A stretch of DNA of 64,000 bases from Antedon mediterranea (lineage: Eukaryota; Animalia; Echinodermata): the NCBI RefSeq assembly GCF_964355755.1, contig NC_092676.1:3635888-3699887 (forward strand), in the 5' to 3' direction. The notes under the pieces were generated by a model. The model was not told where the DNA came from. It ran no database searches and was given only the letters and a program-made list of their open reading frames with translations. Made by a program: the position numbers and the translations under genes. Numbering within the stretch: position 1 is the first letter of the stretch; every line of letters begins with the position of its first letter. Positions 48,944 to 60,339 of the stretch are shown here, in pieces.

Positions 48944-51917
48944 TAGTCCAGTCCCTAAGGGGAAATGATGTTACCATAGTGGATACAAGTGTGCCCTTTG
49001 GCATGTTGATAGAACATGATATGGAGATACCAAAACAAAGTTACTGGAAATCTGATTTGACCTCTGTGACCTCTGACCTCAATTTTTATATTTCTATCTT
49101 AAACAGCCATATCTCCGCAACGGGTTTGACAATTGAAATGATATTGGTGTCAAATAGATCAGAGGGTACATATTTATATTCGCTCTAATAGAACTTTTTT
49201 CCAAAAAACGACCGGAAATGTAATTTCTCAATGTTTTGACCTTTGACCTCGGCTTACTATATCTCAATAACTACTGGTCAAATTTTCTTGAAATTTGTTT
49301 CAAATTGTTAAGAGCATACATATTTATATATACTCTAATTAAACATGTTCTTCCAAATCCACAGGAAATGTCATTTACTGACCTTTGACCTTTAATGTTT
49401 AAATATGTCTGTATCTCTGTAACCAAATGTCATAAAAAGTTCAACTTGGTGTCAAAATGTTCAAAATGTAAACATTTATATTAGCTCTAATAGAAGATGT
49501 TATCATATTTTTACTGGAAATGCCAGTTTGAGGTATGACCAGGATATACTGTTAAGCGTGCGTGTGTCATAGCCTACTTATAATAATATACCTAAAATAT
49601 AGATTTAATGGACCAGAACTACATTCAATATCCTATCTAGCCTTTTACAATTTTTTTAAAACTTAATGTTTAATTTAATTTCAATATATAATTCCATCGC
49701 ATGGTAGGCCTACACCGTAAGAGCAACATTTAATATCAACAAAAAATTAAATAAACTTAAAAGTTAAATAACATTAAAAAAAAAGAAAGAAAATCAGGAT
49801 CTTAAAGAAAGAAAAGAAGAATTAACCAATGCGATTTGATACTCATAAAACATATGACCTAATTATCAATTAATTGCTTGAAGTATGCTGACAAAATAAA
49901 ATGCTTGAAACAGTGAGGAAAAAGCGAAGAAAAGAAAAACATATGTTTAAAATATTAGAAATCTGAAAAGGATCAAAGACAAATTAATTACAAAGCTGAT
50001 TTCTTTTCAAGAACATACTGTAGTGGAATATAAAAGGAAAACAAACCAGTGAGCAGTCAAAATTACCATCTTGGCTTGATGAGGCAATAACACATCCAGC
50101 TCATAACACTCTACAACAAAATCTTTGAAACCAGAAGAAATCAAGAGAAGCAATGATAATTATACTTTAATCCACAAAAACATGACAAAACTGACATCAA
50201 CCATTACCGACCAAACGAACATTATCACATGTACACAAATAATTTACAAAAGTAATCAAAAAACAAAATCAGAGACCGACTAGAAGTAAATAAACCAATA
50301 TATAAGGCTTTATACAGTAGGACCATCTTATACAGTTGGTCAATCAACTAAAATAAAAAGGAAATGAATATCACCAAATCTTTGATTTAGAGATTATCAG
50401 AAAGCATTTGACTCAATAAAACAGGCATTACCATATTAGAGGGAAATATTATACCTCAACAAATATTGATTACGATTGTTCAAAGAGAAGTTAAGGAAGA
50501 TTAGTAAGACAAGGTGACACTTAAGATCTTCACTGCATTGGAAGAGGTGTTTAATCAAAGAGCTAATCTAAAAAATAGAGTAAATATCACTTTAAAGACA
50601 AAATAAACAGTTAATTTAACCAAAATCACAATTGACTTCCAGCCTATTTTTTGCTTTAAATTACAGTTTTTTTGGGTATGCACTATATCATTTTTTTTTC
50701 AATCCAATTTTTGGTGAAACTATTATGTGTGACATTAAAATTGCATATTCAACAAAAATATTTGTCAAAATTACTTTTGTCAGGGGGAAAATAAGTATAT
50801 CTTTATTAGCATGTGATATTATTAGCAAATATTTCAAATGTAGTTTTAAAACTTTCCCATTACAAACAATTGCCATAATTCTGATAACATTACAATACAC
50901 CCATCCTCTGGGACTTATTTTCAAATGTAGCTAAAACTTTCCAGTACAATTCCGGTCATTTTGATGTGTATAGATGCATGCAGTAGCATTGGAAAGGCGA
51001 GAGAGGGGGAGGTGGTTGGGGTGATGGAGAGACATATTTTTTACATGTTTGTCTACACTATAAACTAGTTTAACAAAAAAGGTGTGATGTGCCCAAATAT
51101 GGTAGTGATATGTCATTCATCGTGTCCATATATGGGCACATCACATTTTTTTGTCGCATAAAAATGTTATAGTGTAGACAGAGTTTAATATTTGTGTAAC
51201 ATGTAACAAAAATATGTGTCTCTCCATCCACCCCAACCCCCTCTCCTCTCTCGATCTTTTTTTTTAGATTATTAATTGCTAAATATGTGCAAAACGATGG
51301 GTCATAGCTCAAAATGACATTTCCAATTGAATTCTGACAAAATATTTTGTTAGAGCAAATATAAATGTGTATATTCTAAACAATTTGACACCAAACTGAA
51401 CTTTTTAGGACAAATAGTTACCGAGATATTGACATATTCAAACATTAGAGGTCAAGGGTCAAAAAAGCTTAATTTATGGTAATTTTTTGAAAAAAGTTTC
51501 TATTAGACTAAATATTAGATTTATGTTCTTAACATTTTGAGCCCATTCTCAAATCTCTGAGATTGCGTGTTATTGAGATATTAGGCAATCAAGGTCAAAG
51601 GTCAAACTGAAAAATAAAGCCTTTGCGGCCATTTTTGTACAATTATTTTCATTATAGCGAATATAAATATATATCTTCCAAGCATTTTTTAAAAAAAATA
51701 AATGTAAAATGTCCCTGCGTTTCCAAGATATGGCGATTTTTAGTTATATAATAGAAAAATATAAAAATTGAGGTCAGAGGTCACAGAGGTCAAATCAGAT
51801 TTCCAGTAACTTTGTTTTGGCATCTCCACACTATACTCTACCAAACTGCTATACTGAAAAATTTGTATCCAGTTTGGTAACATCCCACCCCTTTTTCTCC
51901 CCTTAGGGACTGGACTA
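48944..51917. mobile_element. Non-autonomous DNA transposon with TAG..CTA ends and long imperfect TIRs (Academ-like)
   Basis: TIR TAGTCCAGTCCCTAAGGGGA, 3-bp TSD CAG (48941-48943 and 51918-51920). 49020-49095 mirrors 51752-51830. It contains RTE remnants (DYQKAFDSI at about 50393) and MITEs. Confidence 0.8.
51048..51185. mobile_element. MITE family A copy, nested in a small inverted-repeat element (about 51000-51250) inside the Academ-like element
   Basis: TGTCTACACTAT..ATAGTGTAGACAGAG, flanked by the inverted pair GATGGAGAGACATATTTTT / AAAAATATGTGTCTCTCCATC. Confidence 0.72.
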
Positions 51918-53928
51918 CAGTAACAGATTATGATGTAACAACAACTTTAACAGTGAACAAACAAGTGTTACCTATTTATAATTGGTTAACCAATGCTTAC
52001 AACTTGACTGTAACAAAAGAGTACCATGATGCAGTGTTTGTATGTGAATCAAGAAGAAACGAAACAAATGAAATCAGAAATTGCTCTGTTGGTCCAATCA
52101 CTGTCAACTACAAACCAGAGATTAATATCACAAAAATATCACCACTGGAATACATCTGTACAGCAGAGGCTAGACCACCTGTTAATGAAACAAACTGGAT
52201 TGTGGAGCCTAAAATTTCTCAGGAAAATTTTGAAATATTAATAAATAACACATTAATATTTACTGAGCAATTAAAAGCTAACTCTGTTATAGAATGCTGG
52301 GCAGAAAATTCTGTTGGAAAAACAACAGAAATATTTAAAATAGTCAACTTGAATGATGAAAATAAGGACATTGAAGAAAATAGCAACAGCATCTTCATTA
52401 CTATTGTTATTATCAGTGCTGTTGTTTTTATTGTTGTAACTATGCTTTGTATTATCCGCAAGTCCAAAATAAAAAAATCAGCAACTACAATTGATGCTAG
52501 CGATGTTGCTAGCCAGTCAAGCACAGAAGTGAATGACTATGCAGCATGTGAAACTATACAATTAAACAACATAGGTCAGAGTTCAGGGGTCATGACAGAT
52601 AATTTGACACATACCGTATTGATCAAAGAGATGCAGCTTACAGAACTATTCATAGCTTAGGTCACAGTTCAAGGGTGACAATTGATGATGCATGCAAAAC
52701 ACCAATGGAAAAAGTATGTGGTGAAGCTAATGATGAAGATGACACAAAGTACATTTCTGAACAGTTTCACATAGGTCAAAGGTCAGATATGACTGACAGC
52801 ATAGCGTAATAACGTTGACAGTGAAACAAGTAAAACACAGGAAGCCGTATATGACCAACCTTATGCTAAAGTTGTGAAGAACAAAATCGATAAATATGAT
52901 ATTCCTGAGTTGGTTGCACCTACTAGAGTTTACGCTAACAATTATTGTGTTAGAAAACAGCATGCTAGACAATCTTCTTCTGTGAGTCTTCAAAGCAAAG
53001 GTCAGAGTTTAAAGATCATACCTGATAACATAGCTTACATAAATTCCAATTTGATGAGAAATTCTATACCTAACAGAGTTTATGTTAACAATCCTTTGTG
53101 ATAGAAAACAACGCTTTAAACAACCTTCTTCTGAAAATAGCCAAAGCAAAGGTCAGAGTTTAAAGGTCATACCAGATAATGTAGCTTATATAAATTCCAA
53201 TTTGATGAGAAATTCTACACCTAACAGAGTTTATGTTAACAATCCTTGTGATAGAAAACAACACTTTAAACAACCTTCTTCTGAAAATAGCCAAAGCAAA
53301 GGTCAGAGTTTAGAGGTCATACCAGATAACATACCACACATGAACACAAGACATTGACAAATACAGGAAACTTTATATGACGAACCTTATGTTGAAGTTA
53401 ATAAAGACAAAGAAAATTGCAATAGACACCAAACAGAAAGTATGGGAAACACGTCACCTTCAGACAGAGCTTTAGGTCAACCATAGGTCAAAATTGAAGA
53501 AAAGTGATAGACAAACAAATGCAGTTTGAGGATTTGCAGTTGCTACCATGTTTGTTATAGCAATTTACTATATATATTCTCATAATTATTGCTATTAATC
53601 AAACTAATAGAGAAAACAACAACAATTAAATGTATCTTTTTAGAATTTATTTTATATTATTTTATAAAATTATCAGTGGACTCTTTATTTTATTTACAAG
53701 ATTAAATAAATTATATTTATTCACAAACGAATAAACTGTAAACCAACAAAAAATGGTTTAAAAATTTGATCACCTGATGGTAACCAATCAGTTCATGATA
53801 CATAATTAGCAAATGAATATTCATTTATTTTAGTACTTATTAAAGATTAAACAAAACATCATTTTCCAATAGAACATCACTTCCTACGGTGGTTTAAACT
53901 CGGAATTTTCTGTAGAATTGTTTGAGAG

Positions 53929-55314
53929 ATGAAGATTAACAACATGGATCGTACTGTTTACTTCCTGATAGTATTTGCTTTAACATCTTTTTTTGCTGAG
54001 CTAATTGCTGCTGTGACATCATCAACAACACTGTTGGTCTCTCCAGGCCAGAGTGTGGCACTGCCATGCATTTGTAATAATCTAGATGATGACAACAAAG
54101 TTACATGGAATTATTATCGAAGTGCTGAGGAGAAAATCACTATTTCAAAAGACAGAAATGTCTTGTCAACAAGTATTGATAAACTGGTTGAAAGTTACTC
54201 AATTACAGTTGGTGAAAGCTGTGCAATTGTAGGTGATGGAAAGAATTTCACGCTTTGTTTCAAAATACCAAGTTTAATAGATTTTAGGGGTTTATCTATT
54301 AGTATCAAAATAGATTATACATGTTCTGTATCTAAATCAAGCAACACAACTGCAGAAGAAACAACTTTCAGTGTAACCATACAGAAACCAACATATATTC
54401 CTTCAATGTGTTCGGAAAAGACTTCAACGGTTGTTATTGGGGAAACATTATCATTAGGCTGTTTACCCCCAGCGACAAATTATGTTACAACAAATTTAAC
54501 ATTGAACAAACACGTTTTACCAACCACAAATTCTCAAGCTTACAACTTGACTGTAACAAAAGAACATCATGATGCAGAGTTTGTATGTGAATCAAGAAAT
54601 AAAGGAAAAATTGAGATAATATGTACTGTAGGCCCGCTCATTGTCAACTACAAACCAGAGATTAACATCACACAAGTGAATCCACTAGCATTCCACTGTA
54701 CTGCAGAGGCTAGACCAACCGTTAATCAGACAAACTGGATTGTGGAGCCTGAAATTCTTCAAGAAAATGTTAAGATATTAAATGATATATTATTCTTCCC
54801 TGAAGAATTAGACAATGATGCTTTTTTAGAATGCTGGGCAGAAAATACAGTTGGAAAAACAACAGAAAAGTTTTACGTTTCAAAGTTAAACAATGATCCA
54901 GATTTTTACATTGTCATTATCATTATTATAATCATTGTCATTGTTTTTGGCATTATTATCATTGTAATCTACTACCGCAAGTGTAAGAGAAACCAAACAC
55001 AGAAAATTGACAATGATGATACCGGGAATGATACCCGTGTTGTGGAGAGGATAGGCAGACAGGAAAATGGATACCAAGTACCAGAAGAACATGTCACTGT
55101 CAGGCAAAATTATCAACAGTTACAAAAAACGAATATTAAACATGATGAAATGGCTGCAGGTTATGAAAAAATTACGCCGATTGACAAAGGTCAGAGTTCA
55201 AGGGTCATGTCAGATACTTTGGCATACATGACCACTTTTGATGGTAGAGTCACATGGCAACAGGAATCTGTATGTGATGAAACTTACATTGAAATTATTG
55301 ATGATACAAAATAG
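53929..55314 (+). CDS. Intronless 3-Ig TM receptor with Tyr-motif tail (YQVP, YQQL, YEKI, YIEI)
   Basis: Signal peptide, three Cys pairs, poly-Ile TM, basic stop-transfer sequence. Paralog of 56893, 60340 and 62744. Confidence 0.9.
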   Translation: MKINNMDRTVYFLIVFALTSFFAELIAAVTSSTTLLVSPGQSVALPCICNNLDDDNKVTWNYYRSAEEKITISKDRNVLSTSIDKLVESYSITVGESCAIVGDGKNFTLCFKIPSLIDFRGLSISIKIDYTCSVSKSSNTTAEETTFSVTIQKPTYIPSMCSEKTSTVVIGETLSLGCLPPATNYVTTNLTLNKHVLPTTNSQAYNLTVTKEHHDAEFVCESRNKGKIEIICTVGPLIVNYKPEINITQVNPLAFHCTAEARPTVNQTNWIVEPEILQENVKILNDILFFPEELDNDAFLECWAENTVGKTTEKFYVSKLNNDPDFYIVIIIIIIIVIVFGIIIIVIYYRKCKRNQTQKIDNDDTGNDTRVVERIGRQENGYQVPEEHVTVRQNYQQLQKTNIKHDEMAAGYEKITPIDKGQSSRVMSDTLAYMTTFDGRVTWQQESVCDETYIEIIDDTK

Positions 55315-55789
55315 GAAACGTTTTTGGCAAATGTGTAAAAGGAAATCCTAGTAACAATAAAAAATGTTGACACAAAACTGGTTATAACAAAATTTCAAAA
55401 TAATTGAACCGTGTTTCCAGTATCAATAAGTTCCACGACATTCAACCTTCAGAACAAAGGAATTAGAAATCCTGAACTTCATACATTCCTGACATACAAA
55501 CAATTAATTCTGACATCAAACCCTAAAATATCACTAATATTTTGTAAATATAAGCATGTTAATTCTTTGCAGTTTATTGTTATTCTAAAATAAATGCTTC
55601 AACTTGATATATAATAATTAAAAATAAAAATAATAAATAATAATAATATAGTATACAAAATACTAACATTTTGTAAATTGTAAATAATTCTAGTATACTT
55701 GTCTTTTAGATTAAAATTTTGTCAATTTGCAAAATATAACACTTTTTTTTCAAAAATGTATGTGTTATTGCATACGGTATTACCTTCAG

Positions 55790-56490
55790 CACACACAATA
55801 AATAAAACATTAAATTGTAAATAATTTTATACTTTTGTCTTTTTTATATTAACGTTTTATACTATACGTTTTTCTAAACAAATTGTTATATTGGATATTC
55901 TTACAGCACACCTATTTCCGCATCATCATGTATAGTATCATTTTTATATTCTAACACTTCCAGGAAATCTGACCATAAAAAATCATGATTTTCTTAACTT
56001 TTTTTTATAATATATTCACCTTTGTATAGACTGAATAAACCAGTTTAGTTTTATTTCATGAAAATATTCTTAACAGCATTTCAAATACAACATGGAATTT
56101 TGAGTTTATATGACGCAGTAAGTTACTGCAGTAAACTGCAGTAGAATAATTATGACATGGTCTCTAAATTCTGACATGGCATGTAACTAAATAATTTTAT
56201 ACTTTTGTTTAACATTTTGTAATATTTTAGATATTTAATATTAACGATCTTTTCCAAAAAATAAAAACACACCTATTTCGGCATCATCATGTATTGTATC
56301 CTATTCTACAGCATATCAACCCTTCCCATTTAAAATAACAGGAAATCATTAACGAACTGATATGAACGAAATCATGATTTTCTTATTTTTTATGATATAT
56401 TTACCTTTCTATGGAATGCATTTAAACCAGTTTAGGTTCATTTCATGAAAATATTCTTTACATTATTTCAAATACAGCATGGAATTTTGA
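55790..56490. repeat. Local tandem duplication of about 360 bp
   Basis: CACACCTATTTC..CATCATCATGTA..AAATCATGATTTTCTTA..TTTCATGAAAATATTCTTTA occurs twice. Confidence 0.65.
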
Positions 56491-56892
56491 AATTTATTTG
56501 AGTTTATATGATGTGTACTACTGTACCACAGAATATGAATTATAACACGCAAAAAAAAGAGAGAAATAAAACATATACTTTGCAAATACTTTGCTTTTGT
56601 TTGATTTTTTATTATCGTTTTGTCAAAAAATAGACAAGTACTGTAGTCCGGCAGTAAGCTGATCATTATGGTTGTGAGTTCAATTGTCAGATACTGTACC
56701 AGCCAATCAGTGCATGATACATAATTATCAAATGAATATTCAATAGTTTTAGTAAGGAACTTGTTGAAAATTCAACACAGTATCGTTTTGTCCAAGCCTA
56801 AGCTTCCTTGTACACTGTACACACTGGTTAAAAAAATATTTATATTTTTCATTTACTTGGATTTTTGTAAACTGAATATAGTCTCTTTCAAG

Positions 56893-58371
56893 ATGGATTG
56901 TGATAATGTTTTCTTCTTGGTTGTATTGACTTTATTGTCTTCATCTTCATTTGCTGTTGAGTTTGTCACTAGGCCACCTTTAACAGTCACTGTCTATCAC
57001 GGTCAGAATGTATCACTGCCTTGTGCTTTTGAGAATTTGATTCTAAATCACCACATAGTAGAATGGACTTATTTGCCAAGTTATGACATCCAGTACAATA
57101 TTTCAAAGGACAGAAATATTTTGTTAACAAGTATTGACAACATTGCTGAAAGTTACTTAATTGTAGGTGATAAAGAGAATTTCACACTTTTTATCAAAAT
57201 ACCAAGAATAATAGATTTTGAATCATCTTCTAGTATTAGCACTTATTATAGATGTTCTGTGTTTGAACCAAGCAAAGATGTCCCTGTTGCAACAGCAAAT
57301 TCAACTGTTATTATACAACCAATATTTAGAGATCCAGTTTGTTTAAAAATCAACAAACCTGTTGTCATTGGAGAAACATTATCATTAGGATGTTACTCAA
57401 CAGAGACATATTATGACATTAAAACAATTTTAAAAGTGAACAAACAAGTTTTACATACTAATTATTATGTTGGGCCCTTCAATGTTTACAACTTGACTGT
57501 AACAAAAGAACACCATAATGCAGTGTTTGTATGTGAATCAAGAAGAAAGGAAACAAATGAGACCAGAAGTTGCTATATTGGTCCAATCACTGTCAACTAC
57601 AAACCAGAGATTAACATCACAAAAATATCACCACTCGAATACCACTGTACTGCAGAGGCTAGACCTCCTGTTAATGAAAAAGTCTGGATTGTGGAATCTA
57701 GTGTTCCTGAAGATCACTTTACTATTTTGAATGGGATTTTGAAATTTACTGAATTGCCAAAGTTTGGTTCTGAAATAACATGTGAAGCGGGAAATCTTTT
57801 GGGAGAAGATTCCAAGTCAATGATCATTCCATTGTTGAAAAATATTGATGGAGAAAAAATCAGAAATGATGAAGAAATAATAAGAAATAATGAAGAAATG
57901 ATAAACAATGATAGTGCTAGAATTTACATGATCTTATTATTTGTTGTTATAACTATTAACATCCTTTTTGCAATTGGCATTTGCTACCATAAATATAAAA
58001 AGAAACAAAATAATAACATTACTGATGATGACTATGATGATACCACTAAAAGGCAGGAGAGACAAGATGAAGATGAATATCAAATACCTGACAAAAGTAC
58101 CAGTCAACATTACCAATCATTAAAATTAGAAAAAGTTGCTACTAATAATGATACTACTTATGAAACTACTTTCACAATTGACAAAGGTCAGAGTGCAAGT
58201 GTCATGCCAGATATATACATGAGCTCTATTGATGGTGGACAAAAGATAGAAACTGTGTATGATACAGCTTATGCTGAATGTGCTGTTAACGAAAATGATG
58301 GCACAAAATATGAAGTCATTCCTGATATTAAAGAATGTAGAAAAGACATCGGGCGAAGTTTATGTGAATAA
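56893..58371 (+). CDS. Intronless 3-Ig TM receptor; its YVNNP repeat extension (to 58828) is out of frame by 1 nt
   Basis: ATG 56893 (MDCDNVFFLVVLTLLSSSSFA), TM IYMILLFVVITINILFAIGICY, tail YDDT, YQIP, YQSL, YETT, YEVI. Confidence 0.88.
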   Translation: MDCDNVFFLVVLTLLSSSSFAVEFVTRPPLTVTVYHGQNVSLPCAFENLILNHHIVEWTYLPSYDIQYNISKDRNILLTSIDNIAESYLIVGDKENFTLFIKIPRIIDFESSSSISTYYRCSVFEPSKDVPVATANSTVIIQPIFRDPVCLKINKPVVIGETLSLGCYSTETYYDIKTILKVNKQVLHTNYYVGPFNVYNLTVTKEHHNAVFVCESRRKETNETRSCYIGPITVNYKPEINITKISPLEYHCTAEARPPVNEKVWIVESSVPEDHFTILNGILKFTELPKFGSEITCEAGNLLGEDSKSMIIPLLKNIDGEKIRNDEEIIRNNEEMINNDSARIYMILLFVVITINILFAIGICYHKYKKKQNNNITDDDYDDTTKRQERQDEDEYQIPDKSTSQHYQSLKLEKVATNNDTTYETTFTIDKGQSASVMPDIYMSSIDGGQKIETVYDTAYAECAVNENDGTKYEVIPDIKECRKDIGRSLCE

Positions 58372-58800
58372 TCCACGTGAAAGGAAGCAACAACCTAAAG
58401 GACCTGAATGTAATGAACCACATATAGAAATTGTTGTTGACAAACAAGACATTACAAAACATGCTGATGTTGAAAACACATCCACACCTAGTGCAGTTTA
58501 TGTGAATAATCCACATGTCAGGAAACGACAACCTAAAGGACCTGTATGTGATGAACCACACAAAGAAATTGTTGATGACAAACAAGACATTACAAAACAT
58601 GCTGATGTTGAAAACACATCCACACCTAGTGCAGTTTATGTGAATAATCCACATGTCAGGAAACAACAACCTAAAGGACCTGAATGTGATGAACCACACA
58701 TAGAAATTGTTGCTGACAAACAAGACATCACAAAATATGTCGATGTTGAAAACACTTCCACATCCAGTTCTATTTATGTCAATAATCCGCATGTTAGAAT
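58340..58800 (+). repeat. 138-nt (46-aa) tandem repeat, about 3.3 units, four YVNNP motifs
   Basis: GTTTATGTGAATAATCC at 58358, 58496 and 58634, with a variant near 58772. Confidence 0.9.
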
Positions 58801-60339
58801 ACAGCCATCTACAAACATTCAGAAATAGTGAAAATGGTCATTATTGGACACCCCACGCCATTGATAGCTGTTTATTGAGACAGCTCCTACACAGGGATGT
58901 TATAATTGCTTTTATACTGGCATTAGTTAATGGATAATATCAATTTTGCGCAGAAAACATTTACGCTCTAAAAAAAAACTGTTGTTACTTGGTATAATTA
59001 ATAGCTTGTTTAAACTACATTTTGTAAAGAAAGAATCTTACTGCTGCTGTTAATACTTTCCACACTAGTATAGTAAATCAGTATAAATTATAATAGAAAG
59101 TATAAAATTTAAATAAAAATAATCAAGTAATAACATGCTGTAAATATGCATATTAATATTCTCAGATGTATTTTGATTTTCATTATTAATTTACTATTCT
59201 TTGATTATTATCCTATTTAACGTTTTTAACCCTTATAACAGTAATCATGTGACGCCATTTGGACCAATCATGTTCTTGTATTTAATAGGCTATGTAATAT
59301 AATTACTATGTATCACTAGAATTATAAACCTGGAGGAAATAAAGACGACTCGGAAATTTGTCGGACCATTATTACCATTTTAGGATGCTGATTCCAAATG
59401 TTATATGGGCGGTTTAGGGTGGTGTTTTTCTATTTAATATGTAAACTGTAATTCTCAATTTCCACTTTATGAGGCAGTTACTACAATAAACAGGTTAAAG
59501 AGCAAACAAAATGCTTACAGTTACAACTGCATTAGGACAATTTAGACATCCTACATGCTATATATTTACTACAATACAATAAAGTAAAAACGAGTCATAA
59601 AATCATTCCATCAATTTTTTAACTTTTCTAACTTTCTTACAAAACAATGACATAAAGAAGGATTTTTTAATACAAAAAGTATCAACTATTATGAATCACT
59701 GTGTTGACATTAAAAGGTCTGAAAAAGACACATTCTTCCTGAAAGTGAGTCAGAACTTTGAAATACAGAGGGCGCTGTTTTATATAAAACCACAAGACCA
59801 TGACTATTCAATAACTGACAGTATTACACTTGTTCACCACTTTCTTTCTAAAAGAAAATATTGCTATTAGAATTTCTGTCTACAAAAGTCAATGTACTAT
59901 CATGGAGGTACAGTATGATATGACAATACTATTATTATATTATTATACCTCCATGCTATTTAAACTCTTCAGACAAAAATGGCAAAGGATGAAAAAAAAG
60001 TGCAATTTCACTTTTCTTGCTGCTTTATTATGTTGACTGAACCTGATCAGCTTTCAGCCAATGAGTGAACAGCAGAGGATTATCAATACCACTCAAACCT
60101 TTCACTACTGCAATCACGGGATCTCATGGTTGACCGAGTTTGATCAACTCTAAGCCAATGAGTGAACAGCATAGGATTATCAATTAATATGCATTACTTC
60201 CATTATTTTTACAATGAATTTCCGCTAGTACTCATATAGTATTTCCTATAATACATTCATGTTGGTTTGAAATCAATACATGTTACTTCCTTAAATTTAA
60301 ATTGTTTATACAATCAACAACTTTCTCGAAGAAACAAAC

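Larger units (their letters stand above)
48580..53508 (+). pseudogene. Array-2 Ig receptor pseudogene split by a 3-kb transposon
   Basis: ATGGATTGTG start as in the 56893 paralog, followed by a deletion of the signal and V start. It has frameshifts. PP|VTDY is rejoined across the insert. Ig3-TM lies in 51953-52660 and the frameshifted tail has 150-nt repeats. Confidence 0.82.
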
